A program made the translations under genes and the position numbers. A model generated the notes under the pieces. That model made no database searches and had not been told where the DNA came from. It saw only the letters and a program-made list of their open reading frames with translations. A DNA stretch of 64,000 bases, from IMG/VR virus record IMGVR_UViG_3300045988_135019; one strand, 5' to 3'. Shown here piece by piece: positions 52,454 through 61,327 of this stretch (within the stretch, counting starts at the first letter, position 1; each line of letters opens with the position of its first letter). The DNA is from a virus.

Positions 52454-52528
52454 GCTCCCTTAGTTCAGATGGTAAAACAACTGACTTGTAATCAGTAGTC
52501 GTTTGTTCAAATCAAACAGGGAGCTCCA
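52454..52528 (+). tRNA. trnT: tRNA-Thr (UGU)
   Basis: Acceptor GCTCCCT/AGGGAGC, anticodon stem ACTGA/TCAGT, loop CTTGTAA, T arm GTTTG-TTCAAAT-CAAAC, TCCA. Confidence 0.8.
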
Positions 52529-52552
52529 TATGATTATAGAAAGGAAATTTAT

Positions 52553-53755
52553 ATGAATAATAAATATTTAAGAAAAGAAAATGAAGATGATTTAGATTAT
52601 GCAATGAGACTAATAGATATAAAGAAAGAAGAAAGACCAGATGATTTAGAATGGTCTGATATATGTGATTTATTAGGATTGGATTTGAATAGGGATAGTT
52701 TAAGAAAGTCTCAAGATACTGAATTTGGTGGAATAGCTGTTTACAAGAAAATGAAAAACAGACTAATTGAAAAAGAACCTGTAGATTATCAAAAAGAAAT
52801 TCAAATTCAATTACAAGAATTAAAAAAAGAAAGAATAAAGGTTGCAGATGAGAGAGCTTCTTTAAACAGAAGACTAAGAGAACAGGCTAGAGAAGAGGAC
52901 ATTTTTGAATTAGCTACCAAATGTGCTTCTCAAATTGCATTAGAACATCCTTTAAAGCATTTTGATAAATCAAAATATGCTATTGGAGATACAAAAACTG
53001 CTATTTTAACACTAAGTGATTTTCATTATGGATTAAATATAGAAGAATTTAATAATGAATATAATCCAACAATATTTTTAGATAGAATAATGTACTTATA
53101 TGATAAAGTATATGATTATATAAAATTAAACAATGTAGATAAGATATATATATTAGGGCTAGGAGATTATTTAAGTGGTATTATCCACACTACAATTAGG
53201 ATAGAGAATAGAGAAAATATAGTAGAACAAGTTATGAATGTGTCTGAGACATTAGCTAGTTTTATGAATACATTGTCAGAAATTTGTGAAATATATTATT
53301 ATGATGTAAGTGATAATCATGGAAGAGTTTTTGAAAATAAAGACATAAGTTTAAATGGTGAAAATTTTTCAATATTTATTAAATGGTTTTTAAAAGCTAG
53401 ATTTGAGAATAGTGAGAATATTCATATAATGGAAAACGAAATAAATGAAGAAATTGGAACTATTCAAATTTATGGTAGAAACTATGGATTTACACATGGA
53501 CATAGAGACAAGATAAGTGATGTAGTTCAAAATTTAAGCTTAATGACTAAAAGATTTTATGATGCTATTTTCATAGCACATTCACATCATTTTGAAGCAA
53601 ATGAAATACAAGGGACATATGTATATATGAATGGTACTTTTTCAGGAACTGATACTTATGCTAACAACCTAAGAAAAACAAGCAATCCATCACAAAATTT
53701 ATTTATATTAAATAGAAAAGATGGAATAGAATGTCAATATTTAATTAAGTTGTAA
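52553..53755 (+). CDS. metallophosphoesterase (calcineurin-like) with an N-terminal helical domain
   Basis: LSDFHYG, GLGDYLSG, SDNHG, FTHGHRD, IAHSHH. Confidence 0.7.
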   Translation: MNNKYLRKENEDDLDYAMRLIDIKKEERPDDLEWSDICDLLGLDLNRDSLRKSQDTEFGGIAVYKKMKNRLIEKEPVDYQKEIQIQLQELKKERIKVADERASLNRRLREQAREEDIFELATKCASQIALEHPLKHFDKSKYAIGDTKTAILTLSDFHYGLNIEEFNNEYNPTIFLDRIMYLYDKVYDYIKLNNVDKIYILGLGDYLSGIIHTTIRIENRENIVEQVMNVSETLASFMNTLSEICEIYYYDVSDNHGRVFENKDISLNGENFSIFIKWFLKARFENSENIHIMENEINEEIGTIQIYGRNYGFTHGHRDKISDVVQNLSLMTKRFYDAIFIAHSHHFEANEIQGTYVYMNGTFSGTDTYANNLRKTSNPSQNLFILNRKDGIECQYLIKL

Positions 53756-53775
53756 GAATTTAAGGAGTGATTTTT

Positions 53776-54591
53776 GTGAACAACAAAATAATAGATAGAG
53801 CTAGAAAAATTTTAGCAATATCTATGTGTACTGTATTATTAGGATTTAACATTCTAATTTTTACAAATAATACTAAAAAAAGTGATAACAATAGTTTTAC
53901 TATAAGTGTATGTCAAAGTGAAGAAAGCGAGGATATACCCAGTAAGGAATTAAGTACAAGAGAAAATATAAAAGTAAGTACAAGAGGAAATTATAATAGA
54001 TATTCAGCTAGATATGTCGTATATAAAGTTATAGCTAATGAGAATGAAGTTTTAATTTTTAATAATGAAGAAAAAGCTGAGAAATTTAAAAATCAAGTTT
54101 TAGAAAAAACTGAAAAGTTAGATATTTATATTAAAACAGAAACTCAGTATAATAATTCTAATATTTCCACTGAAGATGAAGTAAAAGAAATAAAAAGTAA
54201 TTTAATAAAAAAATATAAAAAAATAGTAACTTTTTATCCTACTAAAAGTAGATATATAAGTTCATATTATGGAAATAGGTCTATGGGTTGGCACTTAGGA
54301 ATAGATTTGGCTGGAAGTTATAAAGACCCAATATATGCATATAAAAGTGGAAAGGTTATTGAAGCTAAATATGCTGGAAGTTATGGAAATATGATTTTAA
54401 TAGAACATGAAGATGGAATGAGAACTAGATATGGACATATGAGTTCTATTTTAGTTAAAAAAGGAGATTATGTAGAAGGTGGACAAAAGATTGGACTTAT
54501 GGGTTCAACTGGAAATTCTACTGGTAATCATTTACATTTTGAAGTAATAAAAAATGGTAAAACTGTAAATCCTTATGGATATATATTTTAA
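53776..54591 (+). CDS. M23 (LytM-type) metallopeptidase with an N-terminal membrane anchor
   Basis: GWHLGIDLAG...GHMSSI...GSTGNSTGNHLHFEV. GTG 53776 sits 8 nt after AAGGAG (track start 53767). Confidence 0.85.
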   Translation: MNNKIIDRARKILAISMCTVLLGFNILIFTNNTKKSDNNSFTISVCQSEESEDIPSKELSTRENIKVSTRGNYNRYSARYVVYKVIANENEVLIFNNEEKAEKFKNQVLEKTEKLDIYIKTETQYNNSNISTEDEVKEIKSNLIKKYKKIVTFYPTKSRYISSYYGNRSMGWHLGIDLAGSYKDPIYAYKSGKVIEAKYAGSYGNMILIEHEDGMRTRYGHMSSILVKKGDYVEGGQKIGLMGSTGNSTGNHLHFEVIKNGKTVNPYGYIF

Positions 54592-54707
54592 TTAATTTTT
54601 TAGGAGAGTAAGTGTTCCTGAAGGTCATTTACTCTAGGAAAACCATATGGTTTGCGGAGCTATGTTCTTTGAGCATGGCTCTATTTTCATTATTGAAAGG
54701 TGATTAT

Positions 54708-54920
54708 ATGAATATATTATATGGAATTATTATAGGTATTGTTGCAGAAAAATTTGTTTTTCCTCTTATAGATAGTTTAACTGAATTGGTCACATTATGG
54801 ATTGAAGAAAAAAGAAATAGAATTGTTTATCAAATAAATTCATTAAATGAACAAGATGAAGAATTGAATGTTAAGAGACCAATTGGATTTAGACAAAATG
54901 AAAAGGGAGATGAGAAATAA
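54708..54920 (+). CDS. small membrane protein (70 aa)
   Basis: ATG 54708 after AAAGGTGA. MNILYGIIIGIVAEKFVFPLI. Confidence 0.5.
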   Translation: MNILYGIIIGIVAEKFVFPLIDSLTELVTLWIEEKRNRIVYQINSLNEQDEELNVKRPIGFRQNEKGDEK

Positions 54921-55990
54921 TGGCAACAACTACTGGAAGTAGAAAAAGAAAAAGAAAAAATAAGAAAAATACTGATATTGTTCAATGTAGTGCTTGTGGA
55001 AAATTTAAAGCCAAGACAGAGTTTTTTATAAGTTATAATGAAATGCATGCTGCTAATGGAGTTTTGCCATATTGTAAAACTTGTATAAGAAGTATGTGTA
55101 CGGATGCAAATGGAGAAATTAGCAGACCTAAAACTTTACAAATGTTAAGAACTATAGATAGACCTTATATTGAAGAATTATGGATTAAAGCAATTAACAG
55201 AGAAAGTAAAAATAAAATAGGAAATTATTTAAGGTTAATCAATTTACAACAATATAGATGTCTTAAATGGAAAGATGGAGATTTAGATGTTTTAGAAAGA
55301 CCATTAGATATTAAACCTACTTTAACAGATTTAAATAAAGTAGAACCAATAAAGACAGAAATAGAAAAATTCAAGGATTTTAAAGTTAATGATGAAATTA
55401 TAAGATTATTTGGAAATGGATTTACAGATGAAGAATATTTTCATATGTGGAATAAATATAATTTCTTAAAAGCATATTATCCTGAACAGACAAGTATGCA
55501 TACAGAAGCCTTGATAACTTATGTTAGATATAAGGTTAAAGAAGAAATGGCTGTTGCTAATGATAGGTCTACTGATGCTAAGACATGGGGAGAGTTAGCT
55601 ATGAAACAAGCTGAAAGGGCTAAAATAAATCCCAACCAATTTAGCAAAGCAGATTTACAAGGTGGTCTTAGTACAATAGGAGAAATTGCTCAAGCTGTTG
55701 AACAAGAACAAGATATAATAAAGATATTACCAAAATTCAGATTTAGACCAAATGATGCGGTAGATTTCTGTATTTGGAACTATATAAATTATGCAAGAGA
55801 ACTTGAAGGGAAACCAACTGTAGAATACAGTGATGTTTATAAATTTTATGATAAAATGAAAGAAAGTTATATGGCTGAAACTGGTGATAGTTATGGAATA
55901 TTTAAAGATGACCCAACTGAAGAGAACAGACCAAAAATAGAAAAATTCATTGAACTTCCTGAAGAATATAATGAGGAGGGTCAAGAATAA
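54920..55990 (+). CDS. putative terminase small subunit / DNA-binding zinc-ribbon protein
   Basis: Basic N-terminus RKRKRKNKK, CSACGK...CKTC. Position immediately upstream of terL. Confidence 0.35.
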   Translation: MATTTGSRKRKRKNKKNTDIVQCSACGKFKAKTEFFISYNEMHAANGVLPYCKTCIRSMCTDANGEISRPKTLQMLRTIDRPYIEELWIKAINRESKNKIGNYLRLINLQQYRCLKWKDGDLDVLERPLDIKPTLTDLNKVEPIKTEIEKFKDFKVNDEIIRLFGNGFTDEEYFHMWNKYNFLKAYYPEQTSMHTEALITYVRYKVKEEMAVANDRSTDAKTWGELAMKQAERAKINPNQFSKADLQGGLSTIGEIAQAVEQEQDIIKILPKFRFRPNDAVDFCIWNYINYARELEGKPTVEYSDVYKFYDKMKESYMAETGDSYGIFKDDPTEENRPKIEKFIELPEEYNEEGQE

Positions 55991-58908
55991 TGGCATATAT
56001 TAAGAATTTTGAAAAGCCAGAAACAAAACACCAGAGAATGTCTCAAGTGCCAACTTCAAATTATGACCCTTGGGATAATCCAACTGTAAAACCTTCAAGT
56101 AAAAATCAAAATGATTTTTTTCATGAGCATATAAAACAATATTCTGATTTGATAGCATGGATGAGATGGTTCCCGGATTTGTTTTTAGACTTACTTAAAC
56201 CAGAGACAGGTGGAATAAATTTACATTTTGACCAAAGAGTGTTTTTAAGGTGTATATGTAGATTTTATAGTATATATGGAGTATTCCCTAGAGGTTGGGG
56301 AAAATGTGTGAGTGGAGACACCTATCTATTTACAAATAATGGAATGGTTAAAATAAAGGATTTTTTTAATTGTGAAGAAAATGGGATAGAAGATTACACT
56401 TCAAAATTAGATTTAAGAATAGTTAATAAAAATAATATTCATGAAGAAGTAGACCGTGGTGTATATAATGGTTATAAAGATACTAAAAAAATAAAAACTA
56501 ATTATGGATTTGAATTAGAATGTAGTAATAATCACCCTATTTTAGTTGAAAAATCTACAGGTGAAATAGATTATATTTTAGCCAGTGATTTAAAAATAGG
56601 AGATAATGTTTTAATTTCTACCAAAAATAATATTTGGGGAAATAAAACAAACTTAAATATAGATAAAAGTAAAATAAGAGGAAAAAAGGAAATAAACTTG
56701 CCTACAGAATTAACTGAGGAATTGGCTTTAATTATAGGTTATATAATAGGTGATGGCTGTGTTTCTCGTAAAGATAAATTAATTTTTTCTAACATAGATA
56801 AAGATATATTAGAAAATTATTCTAAATATATTAATAAATTGGGTTTAGTTTTAAAGAAAGAAAATAAGTGTGATTATGTTTGCTATGGATTAGGAATAAG
56901 AGATTTATTTTATCAATTAGGGTTTGATTATATTAAATCTGACAAGAAAAAGATACCTGATTGTATAATGAGAGCTCCTAAAAACATTGTAAGAAAGACA
57001 CTACAAGGAATTTTTGATACTGATGGTTATGTAGAAACAGGGGGAAATAAAATAGGAATAACAAGTAAGTCTAAAGATTTAATTGAACAAATACATTTGT
57101 TGCTATTAAACTTTGGAATTATAAGTAGTGTAAAGAGCATCGTAGATAAAAAATATAATCATACTTTTTATGTTTTGAGAATTTATGGTCAAAATATAGA
57201 CAAGTTTAATCAAGAAGTAGGATTTAGTTGCAACAGAAAACAGGAAATTTTAAATAAGATATGTGGTGGTTTGAGATTAGTCAATTCAAATAAATATAAA
57301 GAAAATTATTTTTTAGATAACATAGTAAATATAGAAAATGGCAAATCTCATGTTTATGATATTAGTGTACCAGATACTCATTCTTTTGTATCTAATGGTT
57401 TTATAAGTCATAATACTTGGGGTGAAGTAATTTCTATGTTTATAATTGCTATTTTATATCCAGGAATTACTATGTCTTTGACTGCACAAACAAAAGCCAA
57501 TGCTGCAGAATTATTGAAAGATAAATATGATGAAATAACGAGACAATTTCCATTACTAAAGAATGAAATGTATAAACCTAGGGTAGCAAAAGATGATTTT
57601 GAATTGAATTTTGTTAATGGTTCTAGGATAGATGTATTAGCAAATGCACAGACAAGTAAAGGACAAAGAAGAAATAGAATACAAATAGAAGAAAGTGCTT
57701 TAGTAGATGCTGAAACATTTGATGATGCATTAAAACCAATTGTTGAAATTGGAAGAACCACAAAAGGTAAGTTAGGAATTATTGACCCATTAGAATTAAA
57801 TCAACAAATAAACTTCTTTACTACGAGCGGATTTAGAGGTAGCGATGAGTGGCAAAGAAGCGTGCAAATGTATAGAGATATGTTGGACTGTAAAGGAGAA
57901 ATAGTCCTTGGTTCAGGATGGATGCTTGCTTGTTGGATGGGTAGAGGTTCACGTAAAGACCAGATAATAAAAAAGAAAAAACAGATGAGTTCTGTATCTT
58001 TTGCAAGAAACTATGAAGAAAAATGGGTAGGAGCTGTGGACAATCAATTAGTAGACATAAAGAGTTTGCTAAAAACTAGAAATTTAACAGAACCTATTTT
58101 AAACAATCCAGATGGCAAAAGAGAAATAGTATTGGGTGTCGATGTTGCAAGGTCTGCAAATCAAAATAATAACAAAACTATTATTAGTGTATTGGAAATT
58201 CACCATGCAAATAATGGTTTAATTAAGCAATTAGACCTTGGAAATATGTTTTTAGTAACAAATCAATTAAACTTCACTGCACAAGCTTGTTTTGTAAAAC
58301 AAGTTCAAGCTCAATATAAAGCTAAATGTGTAGTAGTTGATACTAATGGTTTAGGAAAAGGTTTATTAGATGAATTATTAAAACCAAATGTAGATGTCCA
58401 AACAGGAGAAACATATCCAGCTTGGGATACTGTCAATGGAGATATTAAATCAGAGTATAGAGAAGCTGAAGAATTAGTATTTGCATTAAATTCTCAAGAG
58501 AGAGATAGTAAAACAGGTGGAAGGATAAATAATAGTGTTATAGTAAATTTTATTGGTTGCGTTGAAGGTTTAAAGTTGAGATTGTTAGAAGAAAGAAAAG
58601 ATAATGAATTTGATGTAACTGATATAAATGAATATATGAAATTTGCTCCTTATGAACAGACTAATGCATTAGTTGAAGAAATTGCTAATTTAAAAATAAA
58701 ACATTTGACTAATGGAGAAGTTACTGTAGAAAGAGTTTTAAATAAAATAGATAAAGATAGGTATTCTAGTCTAGCTTATGCTATATGGTGGGCTATGACT
58801 TATGATAATACATTAGAAGTAGATAATAAGGATTTGGTAATGACTATTGCTAATATGAATAGAATAGCTTCTGGCAATATGGGAACATTATCAAGTATAT
58901 TTCAATAA
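55990..58908 (+). CDS. terL: terminase large subunit, interrupted by an intein
   Basis: Walker A FPRGWGK / intein / TWGEV. Downstream RIQIEESALVD and nuclease-type VLGVDVARS. Confidence 0.85.
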   Translation: MAYIKNFEKPETKHQRMSQVPTSNYDPWDNPTVKPSSKNQNDFFHEHIKQYSDLIAWMRWFPDLFLDLLKPETGGINLHFDQRVFLRCICRFYSIYGVFPRGWGKCVSGDTYLFTNNGMVKIKDFFNCEENGIEDYTSKLDLRIVNKNNIHEEVDRGVYNGYKDTKKIKTNYGFELECSNNHPILVEKSTGEIDYILASDLKIGDNVLISTKNNIWGNKTNLNIDKSKIRGKKEINLPTELTEELALIIGYIIGDGCVSRKDKLIFSNIDKDILENYSKYINKLGLVLKKENKCDYVCYGLGIRDLFYQLGFDYIKSDKKKIPDCIMRAPKNIVRKTLQGIFDTDGYVETGGNKIGITSKSKDLIEQIHLLLLNFGIISSVKSIVDKKYNHTFYVLRIYGQNIDKFNQEVGFSCNRKQEILNKICGGLRLVNSNKYKENYFLDNIVNIENGKSHVYDISVPDTHSFVSNGFISHNTWGEVISMFIIAILYPGITMSLTAQTKANAAELLKDKYDEITRQFPLLKNEMYKPRVAKDDFELNFVNGSRIDVLANAQTSKGQRRNRIQIEESALVDAETFDDALKPIVEIGRTTKGKLGIIDPLELNQQINFFTTSGFRGSDEWQRSVQMYRDMLDCKGEIVLGSGWMLACWMGRGSRKDQIIKKKKQMSSVSFARNYEEKWVGAVDNQLVDIKSLLKTRNLTEPILNNPDGKREIVLGVDVARSANQNNNKTIISVLEIHHANNGLIKQLDLGNMFLVTNQLNFTAQACFVKQVQAQYKAKCVVVDTNGLGKGLLDELLKPNVDVQTGETYPAWDTVNGDIKSEYREAEELVFALNSQERDSKTGGRINNSVIVNFIGCVEGLKLRLLEERKDNEFDVTDINEYMKFAPYEQTNALVEEIANLKIKHLTNGEVTVERVLNKIDKDRYSSLAYAIWWAMTYDNTLEVDNKDLVMTIANMNRIASGNMGTLSSIFQ
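56305..57414 (+). mobile_element. intein (370 aa) with a LAGLIDADG homing endonuclease in the TerL P-loop
   Basis: Starts CVSGDTYLF (TGT 56305) and ends NGFISHN (AAT 57412..57414), followed by +1 Thr. LALIIGYIIGDGCV and LQGIFDTDGYV. Confidence 0.85.
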
Positions 58909-58924
58909 TAAGGGGGTATAATAG

Positions 58925-60520
58925 GTGAGTTCAAAAAAGAAAAATAGTAGTAAACCAAAAATGGCTACCCCAGAGCAATTACAAACTATTGATGATTTTG
59001 TAAAGATATATTCTGCTGATTTAAGCAAGCAATTAAGACAATTGGATTTAATTACTCAAATATCAAGTAATAAAGGAATGTACAATCCTATATTATCTGA
59101 ACAATATATAAACAATATTAATTTTAATCCAAGTAAAGCAAGTTCAAATGAAATTGCAAAATGGTTAATGTCTCCCCAAGAATATGATATGAGCATTAGA
59201 CATTTAAGTCAATATCTTGAAAATGCTGTAGGACAATATGGAAGAGCCATATGGTTTTTAAATACTGAAAAATCTTTTAATTATTTGTTGAAACCAGCTG
59301 ATACTAATATTAAAGATATAATTAACACAAAGGAATATATTAATAGTTATAATACTTGTTTAAATACATTAAGGAAAATGAATATTAAATATCAATTCCA
59401 AAAAATGGATTTACAAGTAATGGAAGATGGAGTAGGATTTTATCTAATTCAAGAAACAGATGATACAATAACATTCTTACAATTGCCAACAGATTACTGT
59501 TATATAACGGCACCATGGACATATGGTTGGTTGTTTGCAATAGATTTAACATTTTTTGATAGAATGTTAGGATTACCAGATGTGTTACCTGAATTAACAG
59601 ATGCATATAGATTATTCTTAAAAAAAAGAGAAGAAGGATTTACAGGAAAAGAATTGGCACCTTTCCAATATTTTAATATGCCACCAGAAAAATCTTTCTG
59701 TCTAACGTTTAATCCAAATAGAGCTGATAAAATTCCACCACTTACAGGTGCAATGGGAGCTTCTTTGGATGTATTAAGCTATAGAGATTTATTAAAGAAA
59801 AAATCTGTATTAGATTTGTGGAAATTAATTGCAATGAAAATTCCAATTGATAAAAACACAAATAAAATGCAAATAGATTATAATGTTGCAGCTGAATTGA
59901 TTGCTATGATGAAACAACAAATGCCAGAAAATATAGTTGCATTTGCAACACCATTTGATGCTCAAGAAGTTGCTGCAAATCAAGTTAATACAATGGATAA
60001 ATTAGTTGACTTAGGAGATAACAATGTATTTAGTGCTTTAGGTATGGGTTCTGCTATGTTTGGAAAAGATAATAAAAATGCAGGACAATTAAAAATATCT
60101 ACTCAAATATCATTTGATTATGGTGCTACACATATGTATACTCAATTTGCTAATTTGGTAAATTGGATATTAGCTCAAAAAACAAGAACTTATAAATGGA
60201 AAGTATCATTCTTTGGAAATAAATTAGACAAAGATAAAGAAATAGACAATGCTATAAAATTAACTACTACTACTAATATGCCAGTAGAATATTTAATGGC
60301 AAATATTGGTTTTGAACCATTTGAAGTAGAAGGATTTATTAATTTAGCAGATAAATTAGATATTAAATCTAAAATGAGACCACTTCAATCTATGAATACA
60401 ATGTCTAATAAACCTGGAAGTTTAAATGAAGGTGGAAGACCTTTAAAAGATGTTGGAGATATGCAGGAGAGTGGAGAAAAAAGCAGAGAATACAAAGAGA
60501 ATAGGGTAGGTGAAAATTAA
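58925..60520 (+). CDS. putative portal protein
   Basis: 531 aa, directly after terL. GTG 58925 after AAGGGGG. Assigned by position and size only. Confidence 0.55.
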   Translation: MSSKKKNSSKPKMATPEQLQTIDDFVKIYSADLSKQLRQLDLITQISSNKGMYNPILSEQYINNINFNPSKASSNEIAKWLMSPQEYDMSIRHLSQYLENAVGQYGRAIWFLNTEKSFNYLLKPADTNIKDIINTKEYINSYNTCLNTLRKMNIKYQFQKMDLQVMEDGVGFYLIQETDDTITFLQLPTDYCYITAPWTYGWLFAIDLTFFDRMLGLPDVLPELTDAYRLFLKKREEGFTGKELAPFQYFNMPPEKSFCLTFNPNRADKIPPLTGAMGASLDVLSYRDLLKKKSVLDLWKLIAMKIPIDKNTNKMQIDYNVAAELIAMMKQQMPENIVAFATPFDAQEVAANQVNTMDKLVDLGDNNVFSALGMGSAMFGKDNKNAGQLKISTQISFDYGATHMYTQFANLVNWILAQKTRTYKWKVSFFGNKLDKDKEIDNAIKLTTTTNMPVEYLMANIGFEPFEVEGFINLADKLDIKSKMRPLQSMNTMSNKPGSLNEGGRPLKDVGDMQESGEKSREYKENRVGEN

Positions 60521-60522
60521 AA

Positions 60523-60747
60523 ATGTTTATAGATAATATTAATGAATTAGAAAATGTTCAAAAATATATATGTGGTTCACCAAATCTTTGCAAATTTATA
60601 GAGCAAAATGGAATACAACCTATTTACTCTTATCAATTAGGTAAAGAAAGAAATAACCGTACTATGTGGGTGTTTTTAATGACAGAAGATTTATCTAAAT
60701 TATTAACACAATGGACAAATAATAAACCAAAAAATAAAATCAAATAG
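60523..60747 (+). CDS. hypothetical protein
   Basis: Track ORF. Confidence 0.55.
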   Translation: MFIDNINELENVQKYICGSPNLCKFIEQNGIQPIYSYQLGKERNNRTMWVFLMTEDLSKLLTQWTNNKPKNKIK

Positions 60748-60758
60748 GAGGAAGGCAA

Positions 60759-61307
60759 ATGTTAATATCTGAAGAAACAATAGAGAAAATAAATCTATTA
60801 ATTCAAGCTATGTTTAATCACAATAGAACTTTAGATAGGTTCTTAGGGTATGCAGATGCTGAATGGAGCTTTGTTAATTTTAACAAGGTTTTTCATAAAG
60901 GATATGCTCATTTAATGCCATTATTAGCAGATGAGTTTTCTGATATACTTTTAAGATACAATATTGCTCCTAAATATTATGAAACAAAAAAAGATGTAAG
61001 AACATATACTACAATGTTAGACTTCTTTAATACAAATCTTAATGAACATATAGAAACATATGAATTAATTAAGTCTGCTATCAATGTAGCTACTCTTAAT
61101 GGAGACTTAAATGTTGAAAGTGATTTAAAAAGAATGTTAAGAATTTGGAATAAATTTATGAGCCAAGCTATCTTATTAAGAGATAAAGCTCAAGTTTATG
61201 GAGAAGATAATAAGGCAATGTTCGATGGATTTTGTGAGCAATTTTATATATTGCAAGATGAATATAATTTATTAAATGGGGTAAGCGAAGATAACGATAA
61301 TGATTAA
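60759..61307 (+). CDS. hypothetical protein
   Basis: Track ORF; GGAGGAAGG RBS. Confidence 0.6.
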   Translation: MLISEETIEKINLLIQAMFNHNRTLDRFLGYADAEWSFVNFNKVFHKGYAHLMPLLADEFSDILLRYNIAPKYYETKKDVRTYTTMLDFFNTNLNEHIETYELIKSAINVATLNGDLNVESDLKRMLRIWNKFMSQAILLRDKAQVYGEDNKAMFDGFCEQFYILQDEYNLLNGVSEDNDND

Positions 61308-61327
61308 GGGAAAGGAGTGTAAAGCGA

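Noticed and set aside
52208-52528. A phage suppressor tRNA or stop-codon reassignment that would explain the in-frame TAG at 3092.
   Set aside because: The three tRNAs have anticodons CAU, UGG and UGU, and none reads a stop codon. TAG also acts as the terminal stop of several neighbouring genes (2481, 14332, 22096, 36629), which have sensible ends.
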